Assembly (NCBI GenBank): GCA_015665275.1
Contig: JADFAL010000066.1
Coordinates: forward strand, 617 to 64,616
Length of the DNA: 64,000 nucleotides
DNA from: Flavobacteriales bacterium
GTDB taxonomy: Bacteria; Bacteroidota; Bacteroidia; Flavobacteriales_D; Crocinitomicaceae
Direction of reading: 5' to 3'
The notes beneath the pieces are model-generated. The model saw only the letters and a program-made list of their open reading frames with translations, did no database searches and had not been told where the DNA came from. Both the position numbers and the translations under genes were made by a program. Below, one piece after another: positions 49,808 to 58,424 of this stretch. The number at the start of each line of letters is the position of its first letter. The stretch's first letter is position 1.

Positions 49808-50149
49808 TTAGCTGAACATTTGTGTTCCATGCGCCGCCCCTAGGAAGAACATGATGAGCCCAAGCCCAACGCCTATCCAAGCTATATTGTGCTTTTTAAT
49901 TGCAGGGATTATGCTCAACAGAAAGGCGATAATACCTGTCAACATTACAATTGGTCCAAAGTCGATCACAGCTTCCATTGCTCTCATATCCATTTGGTGT
50001 TGAGCACTTCCGATATACGCTTCGTATGGGCTTGTATTCCACCGAGCCATTGCAATTTCTCTGGCCGGTACAAGCACAAATTGTAAGTATCCTCCAAGGA
50101 TTCCAGCAATAGCGCCAAGGATGGTTCCAATGATTCCGAGAATTTTCAT
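49808..50149 (-). CDS. Small integral membrane protein, unknown function
   Basis: 113 aa with three hydrophobic Gly-rich helices. Confidence 0.4.
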   Translation of the reverse strand: MKILGIIGTILGAIAGILGGYLQFVLVPAREIAMARWNTSPYEAYIGSAQHQMDMRAMEAVIDFGPIVMLTGIIAFLLSIIPAIKKHNIAWIGVGLGLIMFFLGAAHGTQMFS

Positions 50150-50181
50150 AAAGCATTCGTTTTGATTAAGATAGCAAAAAA

Positions 50182-50805
50182 CTACTTCATCAGTTGACCA
50201 ATATCTCGAACGATTACCACCCCTGATCGACGTCCTGTTTTTTGCGTCAAATCTTCGGCAGTGCCCGCATCAAATTCCTTTTCGCGGTATTCGGTTTTGT
50301 CCTTATTGTCTCCAGTAATTACTTGACCAGCACTCCGAGAACTCGTGGTAGATTCGCTTTTGTCTTTGTAGGCCGTCCAACTGCGAGAAGAACCATCCGA
50401 TACGCGCTGCACCTTTCCTGAGGCTGCATATTTTAAGGTGGTTAACTCGAATTCTTTTCCGTGATCGTCCGATTCTGTGTCGTTAATTTTCTCAATTTCC
50501 GTAGATTCTGTCACTTGCACCTGATCAAATGTCACGACGAACTCTCCACCGGATTCCACAATGATTACATTTTCCGTTCCGCCCAACTCATTCTTCACGC
50601 CACGAATAAATGCCTCAACGTATTGTTCTTGAGTCATATTCGTTGTAAAGTTTGAGTTTCCGGTATTGGAAATAACAACAGGTACGTTTCCTGAAATTTC
50701 CACTTTTACTTCCCGGTCAATTTTCGATTTCAAGTTCACATAACAACTTGAAAATAACAGGGAAATTGGAAGTGCTAGCGCGATGAGTTTGAGGCGTGTT
50801 TTCAT
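50182..50805 (-). CDS. Lipoprotein, unknown function
   Basis: MKTRLKLIALALPISLLFSSCY lipobox from ATG 50805 (the track starts at 50826). Confidence 0.45.
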   Translation of the reverse strand: MKTRLKLIALALPISLLFSSCYVNLKSKIDREVKVEISGNVPVVISNTGNSNFTTNMTQEQYVEAFIRGVKNELGGTENVIIVESGGEFVVTFDQVQVTESTEIEKINDTESDDHGKEFELTTLKYAASGKVQRVSDGSSRSWTAYKDKSESTTSSRSAGQVITGDNKDKTEYREKEFDAGTAEDLTQKTGRRSGVVIVRDIGQLMK

Positions 50806-50904
50806 ATGTAAGTTGGTTACTATCACGAATATACAAGATTTGCGATAGTTGCGAACGGCTTGCGGTCAGAATTCCTTAGTACATTTAGTGCTTCAAATCA
50901 GGCT

Positions 50905-52728
50905 ATGAGTGAACGGCATCCGCATCAACAAGAACTTCTGGAGTGTATTTCGTTGGAAATGCAAGAACAGGAATCACGATTTCAATTCAAGGACGGATTA
51001 GGACTAAAACAGTTGAAATCGAAAGGATTGGCGCTGCACCCGATTAAAGTCACGCGAAAATATTTCGGGTATGCTGAGTATCCCGAATTTGAGTATCACC
51101 TGCCATTTGCTATGGAAACGGATGCTTTTAAACCGAATGCCGCCATTGAGTGTTTGATCGAGGATGAAGAATCCGTAAAAGGGATCTTTCTGGGAGGAAC
51201 GGGCAGAAAAGGAGCCATTCGATTGTATGCGCCAGAGTTTCCTGATTGGGTGGAAGACAAAGATGTTGTCATCAAATTGGCCCCCGATCATCATACGGAA
51301 GGCATTATGAAAGAGGCGGTGAAAGCCATTTCAGAAGAACCTAGAATGAAGAAGCTGTTCGAGGCCATTCACGGTGAAGATTCTTTTGGTGCAAAGCCGG
51401 TAAACCTTACTTCTATTGACAACGACCGACTGAATGAAAGTCAGAAAGATGCGGTCGCGGCCATGGAACTAAACGAAGACTTATTGCTGGTTCATGGACC
51501 TCCGGGAACGGGCAAGACGACGACACTCGTTGCCGGAATTCAACAATTGGTTGAAGCAGATAAAAGTGTGTTAGTTACGGCACCAAGCAATGCAGCGGTA
51601 GATCATATCGCGAAGGAATTACTGAAGGCAGGAGTGAACATTTTGCGGGTTGGAAACACATTGAAGGTGGATGACGCGATTTACCCGCACACTTCGGAAG
51701 GTGGAATGCAAGGTTCGAAAGAGCAAAAGCAGATCAAGAGGTTGAAGATTCAGGCCGAGGAACTTCGAAAAATGGCGCATCAGTACAAACGCAATTTTGG
51801 GAAGGAAGAGCGCATGCAGCGTTCGCTGTTGTTCAAAGAAGTGAAGCGAATTCGAAAAGAGAATAGAGATATCCGCACGTACTTCGATGAGAAGTTGATG
51901 GATGCCGCTCAAGTCATTCTAGGAACTCCGGTGGGGTTGAAGAACAACGTGGATGAAAGTGCCAAGTTTGATGTGCTGGTAATGGACGAAGCAGGCCAGG
52001 CATTGGAACCTCTTGCTTGGGCCATTTTCCCGTTGGCTGATTCCTGGGTGTTGGCTGGAGATCCCTTTCAATTACCACCGACGGTTTTTTCACAAAAAGC
52101 CACTGCTTATGGATTCAACACCTCCATTTTGGAGCACTGTTTTCGGAAGGCTCAAAACGTGTTTCTATTGGATACGCAATACCGGATGCGCCAATCTATT
52201 TCGCAATTTTCAAGCGAATATTTCTATAGTGGAAAATTAAAGACACCAAATCACTTAAATGACTCAGGAGATCATGTTGCGTATTTTGACACAGCCGGAA
52301 CTGGTTTTGAAGAAAAATCGGGAGAAGACGGAACAAGTCGTATCAACGAAGGTGAGTTGGACATTATCGAGAAGTTAATGGTGTTACAGGGATTGCAACC
52401 AGAGAAAACAGCATTCATTTCACCGTATTCTGGGCAGGTGGCGTTGGCCAAAGACCGTCTGGATTCGAAAATGCGCATCAGCACCATTGATAGTTTCCAA
52501 GGACAAGAAAGCGAAGTCGTTATTATATCGCTCGTGCGTTCGAATGCCGAGGCCGAAATCGGGTTTTTGAAAGACTACCGTCGAATGAACGTGGCGATAA
52601 CTCGTGCCAAAGAACGGCTGATTGTTATTGGTGATAGTGCTACTATCGGACAAGACAAATTCTACGGAAAATTCCTTGAGTTCTTGGAAGGAATTAATGG
52701 CTATAAAAGTGCCTGGGAGTTGATGTAG
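50905..52728 (+). CDS. Superfamily-1 helicase, Upf1/DNA2/IGHMBP2-like (AAA_11/AAA_12)
   Basis: Walker A HGPPGTGKTTT, Walker B VLVMDEAGQ, plus DTQYRM, FQGQESEVVIISLVRSN and RRMNVAITRAKERLIVIGD. I prefer ATG 50905 over the TTG at 50860. Confidence 0.85.
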   Translation: MSERHPHQQELLECISLEMQEQESRFQFKDGLGLKQLKSKGLALHPIKVTRKYFGYAEYPEFEYHLPFAMETDAFKPNAAIECLIEDEESVKGIFLGGTGRKGAIRLYAPEFPDWVEDKDVVIKLAPDHHTEGIMKEAVKAISEEPRMKKLFEAIHGEDSFGAKPVNLTSIDNDRLNESQKDAVAAMELNEDLLLVHGPPGTGKTTTLVAGIQQLVEADKSVLVTAPSNAAVDHIAKELLKAGVNILRVGNTLKVDDAIYPHTSEGGMQGSKEQKQIKRLKIQAEELRKMAHQYKRNFGKEERMQRSLLFKEVKRIRKENRDIRTYFDEKLMDAAQVILGTPVGLKNNVDESAKFDVLVMDEAGQALEPLAWAIFPLADSWVLAGDPFQLPPTVFSQKATAYGFNTSILEHCFRKAQNVFLLDTQYRMRQSISQFSSEYFYSGKLKTPNHLNDSGDHVAYFDTAGTGFEEKSGEDGTSRINEGELDIIEKLMVLQGLQPEKTAFISPYSGQVALAKDRLDSKMRISTIDSFQGQESEVVIISLVRSNAEAEIGFLKDYRRMNVAITRAKERLIVIGDSATIGQDKFYGKFLEFLEGINGYKSAWELM

Positions 52729-53502
52729 AAAAAGCGCCCCATTTCTGAGACGCTTTCTTTTTGCATATATAATTGAATTGCTGCGATCCCAGATTTCCAT
52801 CGGGACTTCCATGAGCAATAATTTGGACCCTGTTTTTCCTTTCAAGGTGATTTTATCCGTGTCCCAGACACCATAGCCGTCGCGTTTGGAAAGATCTTGA
52901 TCGTTAACGCTCAAATCACCCTCCAGAACGAATGCATACACACCATTTCCTTTGTTGTGAAGATCGTATTCCAGCTCCTTGTCTTCCGTGAAATTGGCCA
53001 TGCTGAACCAAGCATTTTGGTGTACCCAAACGCCTAGATCGTCTGTATTTGGCGATAGGATTTGCGACAACTCGTTATCTTTAACTATGTCTTCAATCGC
53101 AATTTGATCGTAGCGCGGTTGTACATTCTTTTTGTTTGGAAACACCCAGATTTGCAAGAACTGTACCTCTGCATCCTTGTTTTTGTTGTATTCGCTATGA
53201 GCAATGCCAGTTCCGGCGCTCAATACCTGAACATCACCTTCTTTAATCACCGCTAGGTTTCCCATACTGTCTTTGTGCTCAAGGTCACCAGACAATGGAA
53301 TCGAGATGATTTCCATGTTTTCATGCGGATGCGTTCCAAATCCTTGTCCACCCGATACCTTGTCATCGTTTAAAACACGAAGGGCACCAAAATGAACACG
53401 CTCCGGATTGTAATAATTCGCGAAGCTAAAAGTGTGATTGCTTTTCAACCATCCGTGGTCTGCGAAACCTCGGGTATCTGCTTTGTGTAATACCGTATTC
53501 AT
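52420..53502 (-). CDS. Pirin family protein (YhhW-like bicupin) with an anomalous 3' ORF extension of about 125 codons
   Basis: GFGTHPHENMEIISIPLSGDLEHKDSMGN and the second cupin end near ...KLLLMEVPM (codon about 235, about nt 52797). The remaining codons run through the terminator-like hairpin and lie antisense to the helicase 3' end. Confidence 0.75.
   Translation of the reverse strand: MNTVLHKADTRGFADHGWLKSNHTFSFANYYNPERVHFGALRVLNDDKVSGGQGFGTHPHENMEIISIPLSGDLEHKDSMGNLAVIKEGDVQVLSAGTGIAHSEYNKNKDAEVQFLQIWVFPNKKNVQPRYDQIAIEDIVKDNELSQILSPNTDDLGVWVHQNAWFSMANFTEDKELEYDLHNKGNGVYAFVLEGDLSVNDQDLSKRDGYGVWDTDKITLKGKTGSKLLLMEVPMEIWDRSNSIIYAKRKRLRNGALFLHQLPGTFIAINSFQELKEFSVEFVLSDSSTITNNNQPFFGTSYRHVHSTVVFQKPDFGLGIRTHERYNNDFAFLSLETINGADAHFRIQTVFGQRHLPRIR
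52731..52762. terminator. Weak candidate bidirectional terminator between helicase and pirin
   Basis: aaagcg (52731-36) ... cgcttt (52751-56) followed by cttttt. The stem is short, and the annotated pirin ORF reads straight through it. Confidence 0.3.
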
Positions 53503-53641
53503 AATTTCTCCTTTATATAGATGAATGTTTTGTGCGTATTTTCTATTACAAATATAATAATAATTACCCAGGTAACAAATGCGATGGTTTTTATTTTTAT
53601 TAATGGAGACTCAATGTGAAAAGTCATCATTTGGAATTGGT

Positions 53642-53649
53642 TATCTTTG
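53642..53649 (+). promoter_or_regulatory. Candidate -7 box (TAnnTTTG) for the skp/ompH pair
   Basis: TATCTTTG lies 22 nt upstream of ATG 53671. Confidence 0.3.
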
Positions 53650-53670
53650 TAAGAAACCAAAAAGCTAGTT

Positions 53671-54210
53671 ATGAATTTCAAGAGAGCCATACTTTTAATG
53701 CTGCTTGCCTTACTTTCGTTTAATAGTGCAGCGCAAGAGGTAAAAATCGGTTATACCAATATTGAACTGTTGCTGGCTTACATGCCGGAAGCAAAGCAAA
53801 TGGAAGCACAACTGAATGCCTATCAGCAGCAACTAGGAAAACAACTTCAAACGAAGCAATCATACGGACAGAGTCGACTGGGCGAATACATGGAAAAAAA
53901 GGAGGCGGGCCTGCTATCGCCGCAGGAAGATCAGCTATGGCAACAAGAATTACAGAAATTGGACTCTGAGATTACAAAATTTGCATCCGATGCAGAGGAA
54001 AAACTACTGGCAAAAAGAGAGGAACTGTTGGCGCCTATTCTTGAAAAACTTCAGAAAGCAATTGATGATGTGGCTGAGGAGAAAGGGTATACGTATTTGC
54101 TGAATCAAACGAATTCTTCTGGAGTTTCCACCATTTTATATGGACCAGATGAGAACGACGTGACAGAAGCAGTTATGAAGCAGTTGAACATTCAGATTCC
54201 AGAAGAGTAA
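53671..54210 (+). CDS. OmpH/Skp family periplasmic chaperone
   Basis: Signal peptide, KIGYTNIELLLAYMPE, a long coiled-coil, and a C-terminal GYTYLLNQ motif. Confidence 0.85.
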   Translation: MNFKRAILLMLLALLSFNSAAQEVKIGYTNIELLLAYMPEAKQMEAQLNAYQQQLGKQLQTKQSYGQSRLGEYMEKKEAGLLSPQEDQLWQQELQKLDSEITKFASDAEEKLLAKREELLAPILEKLQKAIDDVAEEKGYTYLLNQTNSSGVSTILYGPDENDVTEAVMKQLNIQIPEE

Positions 54211-54214
54211 GGTT

Positions 54215-54733
54215 ATGAAAGGTTTATTATTTGCAATACTGTTGATCTCGAGTGCTTTTGTTCAGGCTCAAACGAAGGTGGGTTTTACAAATGTAGAGTT
54301 GATCATGACGTACATGCCAGATGTAGACGTATTAAATAAATCTCTCGATGAATATGCGCGAAGGAAATCCGATGGGATCACCAGGAAAAAATTGCAACTT
54401 GCAGGATTGATCCAGCAATACGAAGAAAAGTCAAAATTGGCTTCCTTTTCAGGCTCAAAAGAAGAAACTGACCTGGTAACTGAGATCACAGTGCAGGAGA
54501 AATTGATTAAAGCCAAAGAAGAAAATTTTCCGCTTGATGTTCAAGACAAGAAAAGTCAATTACTATCGCCAATTCTTAATAAGATCCAGGCTGCCATTGA
54601 TGCTGTAGCCGAAGAAAATGGATACACTTATATTCTCAATCAAACGTCTGGATCCAATATTTTGTACGGTGTAAAACAGTACGACGTCACTGATAAAATT
54701 GCCGCTAAGTTGGGCATTGAGATTTCAGAATAG
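54215..54733 (+). CDS. OmpH/Skp family periplasmic chaperone (second copy)
   Basis: Signal peptide, KVGFTNVELIMTYMPD, a coiled-coil, and GYTYILNQ. Confidence 0.85.
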   Translation: MKGLLFAILLISSAFVQAQTKVGFTNVELIMTYMPDVDVLNKSLDEYARRKSDGITRKKLQLAGLIQQYEEKSKLASFSGSKEETDLVTEITVQEKLIKAKEENFPLDVQDKKSQLLSPILNKIQAAIDAVAEENGYTYILNQTSGSNILYGVKQYDVTDKIAAKLGIEISE

Positions 54734-54756
54734 TCATTTTAGAACTTTGATAACGT

Positions 54757-54793
54757 GAAAAGGGCTCGCAATTTTATGTTGCGAGCCCTTTTT
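54757..54793. terminator. Bidirectional rho-independent terminator (skp pair and convergent 54827 gene)
   Basis: aaaa-gggctcgc (54762-69) ... gcgagccc (54781-88)-ttttt. Confidence 0.8.
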
Positions 54794-54826
54794 AAAAAAG
54801 AGTATCGTAAGAAGTTTTTCCGAGAT

Positions 54827-56488
54827 TTAATCGATTACTTGCTCCTCAACTTTAGTAGAAGTAACTTGTTCTTCGTTAGCTCCATTTGGAGTCTCGTATT
54901 GAGAAGTACCGGCAGGAACCGGAGCCGTGCTTTGAGCAGCCCCGTTTTCTACGTTTTCGTTGTAGAACATTCCTGAATTAGCAGGCTGTCCGTACAATTC
55001 AGGGTTAAGGTATTTTCCTTGACGGTCACCTTCTTTCTCCACAACTGCTTCTCTTTCATTAGGGTTTTGTTGCAAGTACTGGTCGTTACGATCTGCATAA
55101 ACTGTCCACGATACTTTCGTATTTGGTGCTCCGGCTACGATGAACTGATTTCCTTGAATTTCCTGAAGAACGTATGGTTGTTGCGGTGTTCCAACACCAG
55201 TCAATTGGTAAGTTGGGTTGATATTGATGTCATCGAAGTACGTTGGCAATTCAACAACAGCTTGTCCGTTTGCGTCTAGCTCAACCATTCCTCGGTACAT
55301 GTTCAATACCTCATTCGATTCTATAGAGAAATGCTTCAACATTTTGTTTTGCGGATCTTCCGGGTGGTCGATAATGAATGTTTTTGTTCCTGTTGCAGCC
55401 ATGTTTCCTTGTGAGAAAACTCCGTACCAGTTTCCTGTTCCCAGCACACCAATTCCCCATCCAGCGGCTGGCGCTGAGAAACCTGAAACACCAATATGAT
55501 CGGCAACATCTGTTCCGGTGTACGAGAAGTCTGCAACCGAGATTGTACCTGTAATAGTGTTGTTCTGGTTTTGTCCAACGATAACTCCAGACTGACCATT
55601 GTGAATTCCGAAGAAGTTTGGTTCTGTATTCGTTGCTGCTGTTAGGTTTACTTCTAGACCACGTCCGTCAGCACCATTGTGTGTAATAACTCCTCCGTGA
55701 CCAACACCCCACTGTGTACCTGCAAAAACACCACCGCTGATGATTCCTCCACCAATTGCTGTTTGCGTGTTTACGACACCATTGAAAGCGAATCCGTCAC
55801 CTCCGGTAGTTGGAGCCGTCATATTGTCAACGTTCGTGAAAATATATCCATCCGCGTCAAACCCACCGCCTGCAAAAGTCAAATCTCCCGTACCACCAGC
55901 TGTTGATACGTCATTAATGTGGCTAATTGTATTTGAAGCAATTACGTTCCAGCTTCCGAACCCAGTACCTGATTGGTCAATTAGCAATCCTGTACCTGAA
56001 CCAGAATGATTCACACGGTATCCGTTTCCAGTTCCTGAATGGAAAACCCAACTTCCGTTACCTGGACCAACATGGTTGATCTGCTGTCCGGAAAGTCCAT
56101 TTGTAGCCAAAGAGATATCAATAAATTGACCCGCACCTGCGTTAGTGTGGAAAATAGATTGACCATTTCCTGTACCATCCTGAACAACCTGAATACCGTC
56201 AGCTGTAGAAGTTGCGTTATTCATGTTTAGGTTGATTCCCATACCTGCACTGGCATTAGGAATGAAAACCGAGGATGAGGTATTCGCAGCATTGGAAGGA
56301 AATACAAGAAGTCCGTTTCCTGCCGTACCTGATACATCAGATCGGATACCTGTTACATTTGCTGTTTGGCTTACGTGTAGTTTCGTTGCTGGTGTATTGA
56401 TTCCAACTCCAACGTTTTGTGCCATTGCTGCAGGAGCCATAAGGAAGCTCATTACTGCAAGCGTGAGAATTTTGTTATTCGTTTTCAT
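54827..56488 (-). CDS. Secreted glycine-rich repeat protein with conserved non-T9SS C-terminal domain (fibre/tail-fibre-like), unknown function
   Basis: Signal peptide MKTNNKILTLAVMSFLMAPAAMAQ. About 350 aa of GxGxG-type repeats (HSGTGNGYRVNHSGSGTGLLIDQSGTGFG). C-terminus GTKTFIIDHPEDPQNKMLKHFSIESNEVLNMYRG..., which I recall from uncharacterised fibre-like proteins. Confidence 0.5.
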   Translation of the reverse strand: MKTNNKILTLAVMSFLMAPAAMAQNVGVGINTPATKLHVSQTANVTGIRSDVSGTAGNGLLVFPSNAANTSSSVFIPNASAGMGINLNMNNATSTADGIQVVQDGTGNGQSIFHTNAGAGQFIDISLATNGLSGQQINHVGPGNGSWVFHSGTGNGYRVNHSGSGTGLLIDQSGTGFGSWNVIASNTISHINDVSTAGGTGDLTFAGGGFDADGYIFTNVDNMTAPTTGGDGFAFNGVVNTQTAIGGGIISGGVFAGTQWGVGHGGVITHNGADGRGLEVNLTAATNTEPNFFGIHNGQSGVIVGQNQNNTITGTISVADFSYTGTDVADHIGVSGFSAPAAGWGIGVLGTGNWYGVFSQGNMAATGTKTFIIDHPEDPQNKMLKHFSIESNEVLNMYRGMVELDANGQAVVELPTYFDDININPTYQLTGVGTPQQPYVLQEIQGNQFIVAGAPNTKVSWTVYADRNDQYLQQNPNEREAVVEKEGDRQGKYLNPELYGQPANSGMFYNENVENGAAQSTAPVPAGTSQYETPNGANEEQVTSTKVEEQVID

Positions 56489-56500
56489 CTGTTTGATAGA

Positions 56501-58159
56501 TTAGTTCTTAATAAGTCGTTTAGTTATAGATTTTCCGGAAAGTTCATCGCGTAGTTCTACGATATAGACTCCATTGGCCCATTCGTTAGAAGCGAGATTA
56601 ACTATGGTGTTTCCAGAATTTAGTAGCAATTTTTGTTCGTGTACCAACTGTCCTGATGCTGTCATTACAGTCATAACAATGGACATCTGCTGATCTGCGT
56701 GAATTGCAACAGCAGTGTTGGACGTTGTTGGGTTCGGATAGATGGAAACCGCGTTTTCATTGAATCCTTCACCATATCCATCAATACTTGCCACCACAGA
56801 TGGTGTGTATTCAAACGATCCATCCAAATCAACGCTACGCACGTGGTAATAGTAATGCTGGAACCTACGTACATCGTAATCTTCGTGTTGGTAGCTTAAA
56901 GTATTCGTTGTATTTCCTTCAGCATCCAAGGTTGCAATTAATTCGAAGTCTATTCCATCTTCAGAACGCTCCAATTCGTAGTGACTTAAGTTTGACTCTG
57001 AAGCTACGTTCCAAACCACCTTGATGTGATCTTCAACCCCTACGGCGCTAATGTCGATCAACTCAATTGGGAGTGCTGAGGTTGTCGCTGCTACACCAAA
57101 TTCGCTGAATCCATTGAATCCACTTCGCGACAATCCAACAGGAGAAGGGCCACAGTCGTTTGCAGTTCCCTGGAAGGTGTTGTCTTTTGTGATAATCCAG
57201 ACAGGCGCGGTAATCAGGTTGTCATCCTGAGGGTATACGGTAACCCCATAGGTTCCTGCACCCGTTCCGGTTATGTCATTCAAGATCCACTCTCCGTGAT
57301 CAGAACCACCCCAATAATCGATAAATTCTCCCGAACATTCCAACCCTGCAATTCCAGCATTGGAACTTGCTGTTTCGAAGAATCCTGTGATTACGTCGTA
57401 GTTATTGGCATTGAAATCCAATAGAACGTATTGCATTCCGCGTTGAGCCCCAGCTCCTGCAGGTTCCAAACCAACAACATAGTTGTACTGTCCTCCGAGT
57501 GCGCTAACAGCTCTACGAAGGTTTCCCTGAACGTATCCAGCATCAACACCAGACATATTTCCATTCAAGGATACAGTATTGTTAGCGAGTGGCCCCAACC
57601 CTGTCGCGGGATTCATAACACCAAAAACTGCCGTGTATGCAGAACCGTTTGCCGGATAAGTTATCGGGCCTGTAGCGTTAATATCATGCGTTACAATTCG
57701 GTTGTAGGTTGCTCCTGCGTTGAAATCAACACTGTTTCTTACGTCAGCGATATTTCCCGTTCCAACCAAATAAACAATTCCCTGATCGTTAGCCAATTCC
57801 AAATTATAGAACGATCCGTCGTTAACGCCTGTTGCTGCCTGTCCACCACGCACTGCGTAGCTTCCTTGGATAAACTGGCGTTCACCGGTGTTCACATCGG
57901 AGTTTTCCACTCGATAGATTCCTGTACCGCTTTGTTGAAATAAGTTGTCAGAGTAAGAGTGCCCCTGAACTTTGATAAGCCCGTTGTTTTGAAGATTGCC
58001 AGTGGCTTCACGCATGTGAACGTCTCCCCAAACATGCACTTCAGCTCCTGCTTGAACGTGGATGAGTGCCCCATCGTTATACAGCTCATTATTGTGCTGA
58101 GCACCGAGGTTACCCACAAAAGCAAACGAGGCCAAAAGGTAGTAATACTTTCGCTTCAT
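56501..58159 (-). CDS. T9SS-sorted secreted protein (beta-helix-like N-region, FN3-like module, CTD)
   Basis: Signal peptide MKRKYYYLLASFAFVGNLGAQ. The IKVVWNVASESNLSHYELERSEDG... module is also seen in the 24622 locus. C-terminus VSIYPNPTTSNTAVAI...NGVYIVELRD. Confidence 0.65.
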   Translation of the reverse strand: MKRKYYYLLASFAFVGNLGAQHNNELYNDGALIHVQAGAEVHVWGDVHMREATGNLQNNGLIKVQGHSYSDNLFQQSGTGIYRVENSDVNTGERQFIQGSYAVRGGQAATGVNDGSFYNLELANDQGIVYLVGTGNIADVRNSVDFNAGATYNRIVTHDINATGPITYPANGSAYTAVFGVMNPATGLGPLANNTVSLNGNMSGVDAGYVQGNLRRAVSALGGQYNYVVGLEPAGAGAQRGMQYVLLDFNANNYDVITGFFETASSNAGIAGLECSGEFIDYWGGSDHGEWILNDITGTGAGTYGVTVYPQDDNLITAPVWIITKDNTFQGTANDCGPSPVGLSRSGFNGFSEFGVAATTSALPIELIDISAVGVEDHIKVVWNVASESNLSHYELERSEDGIDFELIATLDAEGNTTNTLSYQHEDYDVRRFQHYYYHVRSVDLDGSFEYTPSVVASIDGYGEGFNENAVSIYPNPTTSNTAVAIHADQQMSIVMTVMTASGQLVHEQKLLLNSGNTIVNLASNEWANGVYIVELRDELSGKSITKRLIKN

Positions 58160-58424
58160 TTAGTTAGTTATTAGTCGTAATGTACGCGCAAAAATACGGA
58201 CATAACTACATATAAACCAAACGACTAAACCAATTAGCAATGTTTAGCCCACTAATTTCATAGGGTAATTGCTTCCGCATCCCTTTGTATACAGGCGGTA
58301 CAGCGACATATTTAATATTCGAATAATTCCTATTAATTGAACGAAATCACGGTTGAATGTTGTTTTTAAAACGACAAATAGGTCAAATTATACGATAAGT
58401 GTGGCGTAAAGAGTAGCGCCGTTA

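Noticed and set aside
57431-57943. 170-aa plus-strand ORF inside the 56501..58159 gene
   Set aside because: The opposite strand encodes a coherent protein with signal peptide, FN3-like module and T9SS CTD. This ORF has no motif and an odd Cys/Ser/Asn-rich composition.
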